28,479 nt of DNA, from assembly GCA_045106895.1 (NCBI GenBank), contig JBGCFM010000174.1, positions 1 to 28,479 on the forward strand, written 5' to 3'. Position numbers and translations under genes: made by a program. The stretch comes from Polyangiales bacterium (GTDB lineage: Bacteria > Myxococcota_A > Polyangia > Polyangiales > Houyiibacteriaceae). Position 1 is the first letter of the stretch, and every line of letters starts with the position of its first letter. The notes below the pieces were generated by a model. It was not told the origin of the DNA, searched no databases, and saw only the letters and a program-made list of their open reading frames with translations. Positions 1 to 7,806 of the stretch are shown in pieces.

Positions 1-143
1 ACGAGTATCTCTACCGCGTCGGCAGCGACGGAGTTGGACTGGAGAGCTACGAGCTTCCGGGCCCGGCTCCGCTCGACCCCGTGAGCGTCGGCGATACTCT
101 TCTCGTATTCGCAGAAGGCCTCCACGCCTTCGCCCTAGCCTAG
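1..143 (+). CDS. 3' end of a CDS truncated by the window edge (hypothetical; beta-rich C-terminus)
   Basis: Open frame from position 3: EYLYRVGSDGVGLESYELPGPAPLDPVSVGDTLLVFAEGLHAFALA, stop TAG at 141-143; GC-rich third codon positions. Confidence 0.55.
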   Translation, partial: EYLYRVGSDGVGLESYELPGPAPLDPVSVGDTLLVFAEGLHAFALA

Positions 144-174
144 TGCTCCATCTCAGACACTAGTGTGCGATTCA
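140..174. repeat. Remnant(s) of a CTAG-bounded miniature inverted-repeat element
   Basis: CTAGTG(140-145)...CACTAG(158-163) form a mini inverted repeat. CTAGTGTGCGATTCA (160-174) matches each terminal repeat of the 16200-16363 element at 14/15 positions. Confidence 0.55.
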
Positions 175-209
175 AAAACCTTGAGTTCAGTGCCGGACGG
201 GCCGCCCCT

Positions 210-794
210 TTAGGCGGCGGAAGACAGCTGAATCGTAAGGTTCAGCCTGACGTAGGCGAGGACGGGGCTCGCGCACTCCACGACAAGGTCGTGGGAGCCG
301 CTTACTTCGCCGAGGGTTACGCCGAGGGTGGCGCAAGAGACGTCCACACGCTCCTTGTGCAGGCGGAGGGCCGCTTCGCGATGAGCTTCCGGGCTCGAGA
401 CTCTCCACTCGGGGATCCCGACGGCGACGGCGGAGCCATCATTGATGGGCGCCAGCACCCCACGGAGGGTCTCAAGGAGCTGGACCCGCTCGAAGAAATC
501 AGCGCCGCCGAGGGCGCGACGAAGCAGCACGAGTGCCTCTGCGTGATGACGAACTCCATGACTACCGAAGCTCTTCCCAGCTAACTTCTCCGTCCAGCTT
601 CGGTAGCGCGCAGGCTCCATCGCCCCGACGAGCTGCTGGGTCGAACGAAAGCGCTCCGCGAGGCCTGCAGCCACGTCCAAGGGTTCCTTGCCCTGACTGC
701 GCAAACGAATCGGCAGCACCAGTTCGTCGGGAACAACACGAACGCCTTGGCCGTGGGCCGGAGCGAGGAGTCGGGAGTCGTTGGTCTTCAGCAT
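210..794 (-). CDS. Hypothetical protein, SIMPL/DUF541-like
   Basis: Start reassigned to ATG 794 (AAGGAA RBS upstream). GQGVRVVPDELVL near the N-terminus and PEAHREAALR...TLGVTLGEV resemble SIMPL-family motifs, by eye only. Confidence 0.5.
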   Translation of the reverse strand: MLKTNDSRLLAPAHGQGVRVVPDELVLPIRLRSQGKEPLDVAAGLAERFRSTQQLVGAMEPARYRSWTEKLAGKSFGSHGVRHHAEALVLLRRALGGADFFERVQLLETLRGVLAPINDGSAVAVGIPEWRVSSPEAHREAALRLHKERVDVSCATLGVTLGEVSGSHDLVVECASPVLAYVRLNLTIQLSSAA

Positions 795-802
795 TGCATT
801 CC

Positions 803-825
803 TTACAACGTAAATATACAATGTA
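803..825. promoter_or_regulatory. Tandem palindromic operators, probable TetR sites, overlapping divergent promoters
   Basis: TTAC-AAC-GTAA (803-813) and TACA-A-TGTA (817-825) lie in an AT-rich 35-bp gap between the divergent genes. The second site overlaps a TACAAT -10 box. Confidence 0.65.
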
Positions 826-829
826 AACA

Positions 830-1417
830 ATGGCGCAGCAACGAAAACTCGGAGGTCGCGACGAGATCGCCACAGCAGCACTCGCACTCATCGACGAGGA
901 CGGGCTCAAAGCCCTCACCATGCGAAAGGTCGGCGCGCGGCTCGGCGTCGAGGCGATGACGCTCTACGGTTATGTGAAGGGCCGCGACGACCTCCTGGCC
1001 GCGGTGCATTCGTTGATGATGTCCAAAGTTCGGCCGCCAACACACAGCACCGACTGGGTCGACGACGCCCTTCGTTTTGCACGCTGCTTTCGCTCCTCAC
1101 TCATGGCGCATCCCAATGCCCTCGCGATTGTGGCGACGCGCCCGGCCACGGAAGGCGCGGGCGTCGAGCTCCTTGAAGCAGCCCTTCAGGCGATTCCGAG
1201 TGGAGCCGTCGACGCGACACGCGCTGCGCACATCGTGCAAACGCTCTTTGTATTTGTGGTGGGCCACTGCAGCTTTCACGCCGCCCTGGCGACGAGAGAC
1301 TCGGTCGTCGCCCTCGACCCGGAGCAGCATCCACGTTTGGCATCGCTGCAACCGTGGAGCGCGGAGGCAGAGTTCGAACACGGGCTTGAGATAATCGCCG
1401 CCGGACTGCGCGCTTGA
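830..1417 (+). CDS. TetR/AcrR-family transcriptional regulator with TetR_C-type ligand domain
   Basis: IATAALALIDEDGLKALTMRKVGARLGVEAMTLYGYV HTH, C-terminal FEHGLEIIAAGL. Confidence 0.93.
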   Translation: MAQQRKLGGRDEIATAALALIDEDGLKALTMRKVGARLGVEAMTLYGYVKGRDDLLAAVHSLMMSKVRPPTHSTDWVDDALRFARCFRSSLMAHPNALAIVATRPATEGAGVELLEAALQAIPSGAVDATRAAHIVQTLFVFVVGHCSFHAALATRDSVVALDPEQHPRLASLQPWSAEAEFEHGLEIIAAGLRA

Positions 1418-1449
1418 GAACCGAATCTCTCCGGCGGGCCATGGAGTTG

Positions 1450-3033
1450 CTAGAGCTGCGGCGGTTCGGCGTGGAAGCGGACGCCCGCCCGATCGAGGAT
1501 CGGGTCGTCCGGCTCGAGCCCTTGGCAGCACACACGAATCCCGAGCGCATCACAAACGCCGACGAGTCTTGCGAGCTGCAGTTCATGATGCTGCGGCGCG
1601 TGAAGCGCAGGGTCTGCCCGGTACACGATGAAACTCGGCTCCAAGTGCACCATGCTCTCGAAGAAGCGAGTGCCCACGACAGCCGTGCTCAGGATGATGC
1701 TTCGGCCGCCACACTGACGCTTGAGCTTCGCCGAAAACCCGGACTCCTCGACGGGAAGCAAGCTGTCCTCCACGTGAATCGCACACAGTGTTGGGTCGAG
1801 GTCGTTGAGACGCTTGATCGAGCCGATGGTGTCCGGGAGAACAGAGAACCAGGTCGGCAGCTCAAGGGCGGATGCATAGGCGACGTGGGCCGTGAGAAAG
1901 TGCTCGCCGACGACGTCGAGGATGTTTCTCTCTGCGGCCAAGGCAGCGACCTCAAGCGTCTCAAGCACTCCAGCCTCAACATGGCAAACAGGCTGTAGCC
2001 ACTCGGCGACTTTTTCGCCGGTCGCACGCTCTGTCACGGACCACGGCTCAGGCGTGTAGCAACCTGGGTCGATCAGAGAGGCGTAGGCGCCGGACGCTTG
2101 TACTTCGATATTGCCCGTCGCCTCCCGGATGGCGATACAGTTCTTGCCTGTTTTCTTGGACGTTTCGAGGGCACCTCGCGCACGTTCGAGGAACGCGGCG
2201 ATGGACTTCGCTTCACCGATGGCGATCAAGGCGCAGCTCGCGGTCACACTCACCTCGACGCTGGGCTGGGCGCATTCGATGGCTTTGCGGACACGCTCCA
2301 CGACCACAACAGCGCTACTTCTACGCTCAGCCGTAAAGAGCAACGCAAACTCGTCGCCCCCAATACGCGCCAGAACGTCCGCCGGACGAACAAGGGCGCG
2401 CACCGTGCGGGCCACTTCTTTCAACACCTCGTCTCCGCCGTGGAGGCCATGTTGCGCGTTGATGGACTTGAAGTCGTCGAGGTCAAAAAGAACGCCGTAC
2501 GCCGTGAGCCCGTTTCGTCTCGCACGCTCCGGTACGGCTTGCAGTGCTAGCTCGAGAACGCGCCGATTCGCGAGCCCCGTGAGCGGGTCGTGGCTTGCCT
2601 GACGCGCCAGCTCTTCCGCCCGTTCTTGCAGAGCGCGTTTTGCCGCGCGGAGTTCGCGAACGAGCTCATGTCTCTCCAAGGCATAACGAAGGCTCCGGCC
2701 AAGCGCCTGCATGGATTCGCTCTTCGATAAGTAGTCCTGAGCTCCGAGCCGCAGGGCCTCGAGCGCAATAGGGTCATCCGCATCGCGACCTGTCAGCACG
2801 ATCAGAGGTTTGTCGGGGTGCTCCGTGCTAAGGCGCTCCACGCCCTCCAGCCCGGAGACCTTCGGAAGGTTCAGATCGAGGACGATCACATCGCTGGCGT
2901 TGGCGAGCACCGTGGCCTCGTCGAGGTCCGTCGCCCAAACGACTTCCGCGTCCGTGAACGCAGTACGAATGGCCACCTCCGCCAAACGATAGTCAGGCTC
3001 GCTATCCTCGATCACTAGGACTTCCACTGGCAC
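1450..3033 (-). CDS. Response regulator diguanylate cyclase (REC-GGDEF) with degenerate EAL-like C-terminus
   Basis: REC motifs VLVIEDS, VLDLNLP, VLTG and YLSK. HDPLTGLANRR, DLDDFKSIN, I-site RPAD and GGDEF all present. Start placed at GTG 3033 from the domain boundary and -10 spacing. Confidence 0.9.
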   Translation of the reverse strand: MPVEVLVIEDSEPDYRLAEVAIRTAFTDAEVVWATDLDEATVLANASDVIVLDLNLPKVSGLEGVERLSTEHPDKPLIVLTGRDADDPIALEALRLGAQDYLSKSESMQALGRSLRYALERHELVRELRAAKRALQERAEELARQASHDPLTGLANRRVLELALQAVPERARRNGLTAYGVLFDLDDFKSINAQHGLHGGDEVLKEVARTVRALVRPADVLARIGGDEFALLFTAERRSSAVVVVERVRKAIECAQPSVEVSVTASCALIAIGEAKSIAAFLERARGALETSKKTGKNCIAIREATGNIEVQASGAYASLIDPGCYTPEPWSVTERATGEKVAEWLQPVCHVEAGVLETLEVAALAAERNILDVVGEHFLTAHVAYASALELPTWFSVLPDTIGSIKRLNDLDPTLCAIHVEDSLLPVEESGFSAKLKRQCGGRSIILSTAVVGTRFFESMVHLEPSFIVYRADPALHAPQHHELQLARLVGVCDALGIRVCCQGLEPDDPILDRAGVRFHAEPPQL

Positions 3034-3090
3034 CGCGGGAGCATAGCCCGAAGCGAAGAAAGGCACAGCGAGAGATGTGAACCGTCGAGG

Positions 3091-4125
3091 TTAGCGCGTC
3101 GGCGTATCGACGGGCGGCGGCGCGTAGTAGTCCACAACCTGGATGGGCTCAGCGAGGCTGGCGCGACACGTCTCGAACATGCCGCCCGGGTCGCCACCGA
3201 TCTCGAGGGGTGTCGGGGCGTTGAACTCCAAACGTACTTTTTCGCACAAGAAATCGTGAACGCGATCGTCCCGGTAGGTGCCCTTCCAGATGCTGCGGAT
3301 ATTCCAGGCGACGTCCACGCTTCCGATGTCGACGACTCGAATATTGAATCGGTCCTCGCGCTCCTCGGCGAAGGGAAAAATGCGCGCGCCGAAGCCCCAG
3401 TAGGGGATGGTGCTGAGGACAACGCCGCGGAAAGGGCCGTCGAAAACGAGCTCCCCGTTCTTGATGGGCGCACCCACGGGCTGACCATCGGTGCCAAGGC
3501 GCACACAATCGCCGCCCTCGTTGTAGATCCGCACATTGCCGCGCTTCTGAAAAAGAACCTCCGGCATGGTGCGGCCGCCAATGGACGCGAGATACGCCAG
3601 CGCCCCGCCACCGAAGTGCTTGAGGATCGGCGTACGAAGGAAACGATCCTTCATCTCGTTGTAGTGCTTGATGGCGAGAGCATCGACGCCGAAACCAGCG
3701 AACGGAGTCATGACTCCGTTGACCTCGACGAGGCGAAGCTCCCGGCTGCCGCCCTCCGTATGAAGTCGTCCGAGGTCCACGGAAACGCCACGACCTCGTT
3801 TGTTCTGCGCGCCAAGAACCCACGCGATGGCGTTGCCCGTTCCTAGGCGAAGCAGACCAAAGCGCGGCGTGTTCTTTCCGGTGCGCCGGGCTTCCTTGAC
3901 GGTCCAAGTGACCATCTGAGTAAACGTGCCATCGCCTCCCCCCGTCAGGACTGTGCCGTAGCCGCCCTCGACGATGCGGCGCGCAATGTCTTGCCCTTCT
4001 TCCAGGCTGCGGCTCACAAAGAGATCGCCGCTGCGGATGATCTCTTCAAGCATGCCCACAAGGTTCTCGGTGACCTGCTTTGCGTTGCCATTCACAACGA
4101 CGGCGACCCGTGACGATGCATCCAT
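3091..4125 (-). CDS. Diacylglycerol/lipid kinase family protein (YegS/DAGK-like)
   Basis: VVVNGNA, GGGDGT and LGTGNAIA motifs; C-terminal PLEIGGD. Confidence 0.88.
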   Translation of the reverse strand: MDASSRVAVVVNGNAKQVTENLVGMLEEIIRSGDLFVSRSLEEGQDIARRIVEGGYGTVLTGGGDGTFTQMVTWTVKEARRTGKNTPRFGLLRLGTGNAIAWVLGAQNKRGRGVSVDLGRLHTEGGSRELRLVEVNGVMTPFAGFGVDALAIKHYNEMKDRFLRTPILKHFGGGALAYLASIGGRTMPEVLFQKRGNVRIYNEGGDCVRLGTDGQPVGAPIKNGELVFDGPFRGVVLSTIPYWGFGARIFPFAEEREDRFNIRVVDIGSVDVAWNIRSIWKGTYRDDRVHDFLCEKVRLEFNAPTPLEIGGDPGGMFETCRASLAEPIQVVDYYAPPPVDTPTR

Positions 4126-4406
4126 TAGCGCAAGACCTCTTCGATCTGACGGGCCAGGTCCGTGTCTTGGGCGGTGATGCCGCCGGCGTCGTGCGTCTGC
4201 AGTCGGATGCTGAGCCGGTTATAGACCCAGGTCAGGTCTGGATGGTGATGCGCGGCCTCGGCGCGTTCGGCGATGGCGTTGAAGCGCGCGATAGCCGCCT
4301 GAGCACTTTCGCTTTGGTGCTCGCGGACCAAGAAATCCCCGTCGCGACTCCAGGTCGGTAGTGCCTGGAGAAACTCATCAACGTCGCTTTTGCTTAGTTT
4401 GCTCAT
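4125..4406 (-). CDS. phhB: Pterin-4-alpha-carbinolamine dehydratase
   Basis: AEAAHHHPDL...YNRL...THDAGGIT..D..LA signature, 93 aa. Its stop overlaps the start of the DAGK gene by 1 nt (TAATG). Confidence 0.92.
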   Translation of the reverse strand: MSKLSKSDVDEFLQALPTWSRDGDFLVREHQSESAQAAIARFNAIAERAEAAHHHPDLTWVYNRLSIRLQTHDAGGITAQDTDLARQIEEVLR

Positions 4407-4483
4407 GATTTGAGCGTCGAGCCTTACATCTCATTTGTTCCTGGCCAAGTGCGAAAAGCGCTGCTAGCTTCGCCCTTCCTCAC

Positions 4484-4568
4484 GGCCGAGTGGCGGAATC
4501 GGTAGACGCGGCGGATTCAAAATCCGTTTTCTTCGGAAGTGCCGGTTCAAGTCCGGCCTCGGCTACCA
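4484..4568 (+). tRNA. tRNA-Leu (anticodon CAA)
   Basis: Acceptor stem GGCCGAG/CTCGGCT, discriminator A and encoded CCA. D-arm TGGCGGAATCGGTAGACGC; anticodon arm GCGGA-TTCAAAA-TCCGT (CAA at 4518-4520); long variable arm; T-loop GGTTCAAGTCC. Upstream TGC-TAGCTT -10 at 4462-4470. Confidence 0.97.
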
Positions 4569-4587
4569 GCTGGAATACAGCTTGGGT

Positions 4588-4621
4588 AAAGGGCAGTGTC
4601 CATTTGGACCTGCCCTTTTTT
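4588..4621 (+). terminator. Rho-independent terminator after the tRNA
   Basis: AAAGGGCAG...GTCCA-TT-TGGAC...CTGCCCTTT hairpin ending in a T-run. Confidence 0.8.
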
Positions 4622-4744
4622 GTGTCCTTGTCCCCATTTTGCATGGGCTGCGGCAAACGTAAGGCACTGCGCGCCTCGCCGCCTCGCACGAACGCCGCTG
4701 GCGCGGATGCTTCAAAGGTCCGCAAAGTGCGCTATACTCGGTGC

Positions 4745-6430
4745 GTGCGACGCCTCACGCTCATCCTCCTTTTCGCCAGCCTCAGCGCATGCCAGGGGAG
4801 CATCGAAGGCGGAGGCGACGATCCTGAGATTACGCCCGGTCCGTGGGCCGAGCTGGATTGCTCAGAACCATCGCCTGGACGAAGCCCGCTTCGGCGACTG
4901 ACCATCAACGAGTACGACAACACCGTCGCGACGATCTTCGGCGACACCTCGCGTCCCGCGGAGCGCCTCATCGACAACGAGCGTGGAGTGGTGAGCGCGG
5001 ACGCTCGCATCGTCAGCGAGGTCATCGCGGGCCAATACATGAGCGCCGCCGAGGACATCTCCTTGCGCGCGACGGAAGACCTCGACGGGCTTCTTGGCTG
5101 CGGAGGCGAAAACGATGACGGCTGCGTGCGTGGGTTCATCGAGCGCCAAGGTCGCCTTGCCTACCGGCGGCCCCTCGAGGCGAGCGAGACCGACGCCCTC
5201 GTCGCGGTGTTCGACGTCATCGCGGGAGAGTTCGACACAAGAAGCGGCGTCCGCGCCGTCATCGAGGCGATGCTTCAGAGCCCTTACTTCTTGTATCGCG
5301 TGGAGATTCCCGAGGCGGATTCCGGACCCATCGTTCGGCTCACCGGCTACGAGCTCGCGACACGTCTGTCTTTTCTCCTTCTGCAGACCGGTCCCTCGGA
5401 CGCGCTCCTCACGCGCGCCGAAGCGGGCGAGCTCGATACGGACGCCGGCGTCGAAGCCGTCGCGCGTGAGCTCCTCGAAGACGCAGAAGCGAACGCGGCC
5501 ATCGAGTCGTTCTTCCACCACTACCTGGAACTCGACAAGCTCGACGGTCTGACGAAGGACGCTGAGACCTTCCCGGACTACAACGAAGAGATCGGTCGCC
5601 TCTTCGAAGCGGAAACGACAGCCTTCGTCGCTGAGGTCCTTGAGAGCGAAGGCGGAGACTGGCGCGAGCTGCTGACGGCGGACTGGACGATGATGAACGG
5701 CCCCCTCTCCGAGTACTACGGTGTCGGCGACGTGAGCGGCGACGACTTTGTCCGCGTGCCGCTTGATGGGCGCTATCACTCAGGGCTCATCACGCATGGC
5801 AGCATCACCGCCACGCGCGGTCGCTCGGACTCTACGGACCCCGTTCATCGCGGCATGTTCGTACGCGCCAAGTTGCTCTGCGGGACCATCCCGGACGTGC
5901 CCGAGGGTCTACAGATCGAGGCGCCGGACCCAGACCCCACCCTCACCTACCGCGAGCAGCTCGAAGAGCATCGGGCCAACCCCGACTGCGCCGTCTGCCA
6001 TCGCCTCATGGACCCTCTCGGTTTCTCCATGGAGCATTTCGGCGGCGACGGGCGATACCGCGAAGACGACAATGGACTCGTCATCGACGCCACGGGTGAG
6101 ATTCTGGGCAGCGACGCAAACGGCTTCTTCAACGGTGTCCCAGAGCTCGCCGATCGAGTCATCACGAGCCAAGAGGCGCAGGCTTGCTTCGGCGAAGCGT
6201 TCTTTGAGTTCGGCGCCGGTCGCGCCCTGAGCGAAGAAGATGGCTGCTCGCTCCAACACATGATCGGATCCTTCCAAGGGGCCGAGTTTGATGTCCGTGA
6301 GCTCATCGTTGGCCTGATACAGACCGAAGCGTTCTTGAATCGCGTTGTGGACCAAGATCAGTTTCCAGCGCCGCCGCTTAGCGTTGAGGATGATGCCGAG
6401 GACGATATGGAAGAGATGGAGACGCCATGA
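4745..6430 (+). CDS. DUF1592/DUF1588-family (PSD/PSCyt domain) lipoprotein with one CxxCH
   Basis: Lipobox LSAC after GTG 4745. Family motifs LRRLTINEYDNTV, AYRRPL, LQSPYFLYRVE, LATRLSF, PVHRGMFV and CAVCH...DPLGF. The ORF-track start at 4490 runs through the tRNA and is rejected. Confidence 0.88.
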   Translation: MRRLTLILLFASLSACQGSIEGGGDDPEITPGPWAELDCSEPSPGRSPLRRLTINEYDNTVATIFGDTSRPAERLIDNERGVVSADARIVSEVIAGQYMSAAEDISLRATEDLDGLLGCGGENDDGCVRGFIERQGRLAYRRPLEASETDALVAVFDVIAGEFDTRSGVRAVIEAMLQSPYFLYRVEIPEADSGPIVRLTGYELATRLSFLLLQTGPSDALLTRAEAGELDTDAGVEAVARELLEDAEANAAIESFFHHYLELDKLDGLTKDAETFPDYNEEIGRLFEAETTAFVAEVLESEGGDWRELLTADWTMMNGPLSEYYGVGDVSGDDFVRVPLDGRYHSGLITHGSITATRGRSDSTDPVHRGMFVRAKLLCGTIPDVPEGLQIEAPDPDPTLTYREQLEEHRANPDCAVCHRLMDPLGFSMEHFGGDGRYREDDNGLVIDATGEILGSDANGFFNGVPELADRVITSQEAQACFGEAFFEFGAGRALSEEDGCSLQHMIGSFQGAEFDVRELIVGLIQTEAFLNRVVDQDQFPAPPLSVEDDAEDDMEEMETP

Positions 6431-7767
6431 AGAAGCTTAGCCGGCGAACTCTCCTTCGAAGCGCAGGTGGCGCAGCCCTCGCGCTGCCCCTCCTTGACGC
6501 GATGCTATCGTCGCGCGGCGCAGCCCAGGCCGGAGACATCCCGCGGCGCGTCGTCTTCTTCTTCACAGGCAACGGTCCAGACGTCGATCGCTGGTGGCCC
6601 ACGGGCGGCGAGAGCGATTTCACCTTGGGCTCATCGATGCAGCCGCTGGCGCCTTACCAGTCCAAGCTGCTCATCCCACGCGGCATCGCCATGACCACCG
6701 CGCGCGAAGCCCGTGGTGACGGAGGCAACGGCCATGACGTCGGCGTCGGACATTGCCTGACAGCGCGCGGAATCGTCGCTGGCCCAAGCGGTGTTGGCGA
6801 GTTTGGTCATCTCTGGGATGGCACCGCCGGCGGCATCTCCATCGACCAGCACATCGCGAGCGCAGTCCAGGGCGAACTCCCCTACGGCGCCATCTCTCTT
6901 GGGGCACGCGCCGAAGGAATTCGCCAGTCGCTCCCCTCGCGAATCAGCTACCGCGGACAAGGTCAGCCCGTCACGCCTTTTCACACGCCGGAAGCGGCGT
7001 GGGACCAGATCTTCGCAGGCCTCGGCACCGTCGAGAGCGGACCGAACCCAGACGCACGTCGACGCGAAGTGGTGCTGGGCGCGGTCTCCGCGGACCTCGC
7101 ACGGCTCAGCGGCCGCTTGGGCCGTGATGACCGGCAGCGGCTGCAGCTTCATGCCCAGCGAGTCGGTGAAATCGCAGATCGCATCGACGCATCGAGTCGC
7201 GTTATCTGCCAGGCGCCGGACCGAGCGACCGGCGGCGACTACGGCGAGACCATCGACTTGCAGGCGTCGATCATCACTGAAGCCTTCAAGTGCAATCTGA
7301 CACGCGTGGCCTCCATTCAGTGTTCCACCGGGCAGTCCGGGATCCGCCACTCGTGGCTCGGCCACACGGAGAGCCACCATGGCATCTCTCACAAGGGCGA
7401 CTCCGATACCGAAGCGCGAATGCAGTCCGCCGCCATCGACCGCTGGTACTGCGAACGCTTCGCGAACCTTGTCCGCGAGCTCGACGCGGTGGGACTCCCC
7501 GATGACTCCACGCTCCTCGACCACACCACGGTGGTCTGGGTCGGCGAGCAGGCAAAGGGAACTGGCAACACGCACAACTGGAACGAGATGCCATATGTCC
7601 TCGCCGGCGGTGGCGGCGGCTATTTCAAACAGGGACGTGTGATCAACACCGGCGGTCGCGCCCACGGAGAGCTCTTCGTCAACCTCATGAACATGATGGG
7701 CGTGGAAGGAAATCGCTTCGGCAACCCAGACTTCTGCGACGGCGCCATCGAGTCTCTCATCGCCTGA
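6427..7767 (+). CDS. DUF1552 domain-containing protein, Tat-type signal
   Basis: LSRRTLLR...LALPLLDAM signal, SIDQHIA, TRVAS, HHGISH, TLLDHT and LAGGGGG motifs. ATGA overlap with the upstream gene; the usual partner of DUF1592 proteins. Confidence 0.88.
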   Translation: MKKLSRRTLLRSAGGAALALPLLDAMLSSRGAAQAGDIPRRVVFFFTGNGPDVDRWWPTGGESDFTLGSSMQPLAPYQSKLLIPRGIAMTTAREARGDGGNGHDVGVGHCLTARGIVAGPSGVGEFGHLWDGTAGGISIDQHIASAVQGELPYGAISLGARAEGIRQSLPSRISYRGQGQPVTPFHTPEAAWDQIFAGLGTVESGPNPDARRREVVLGAVSADLARLSGRLGRDDRQRLQLHAQRVGEIADRIDASSRVICQAPDRATGGDYGETIDLQASIITEAFKCNLTRVASIQCSTGQSGIRHSWLGHTESHHGISHKGDSDTEARMQSAAIDRWYCERFANLVRELDAVGLPDDSTLLDHTTVVWVGEQAKGTGNTHNWNEMPYVLAGGGGGYFKQGRVINTGGRAHGELFVNLMNMMGVEGNRFGNPDFCDGAIESLIA

Positions 7768-7806
7768 CGCCGTCGATCTCCGGGGCGATTGTGCTATCCC
7801 GGGCTC

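Noticed and set aside
4490..4744. N-terminal extension of the DUF1592 ORF, and the 81-aa minus ORF 4480-4725
   Set aside because: Both overlap the tRNA-Leu and its terminator. The lipoprotein signal begins at GTG 4745.
4484..4745. tRNA-Leu as an integration site for a genomic island
   Set aside because: No integrase, no duplicated tRNA 3' end noticed in the window, and no compositional shift downstream.
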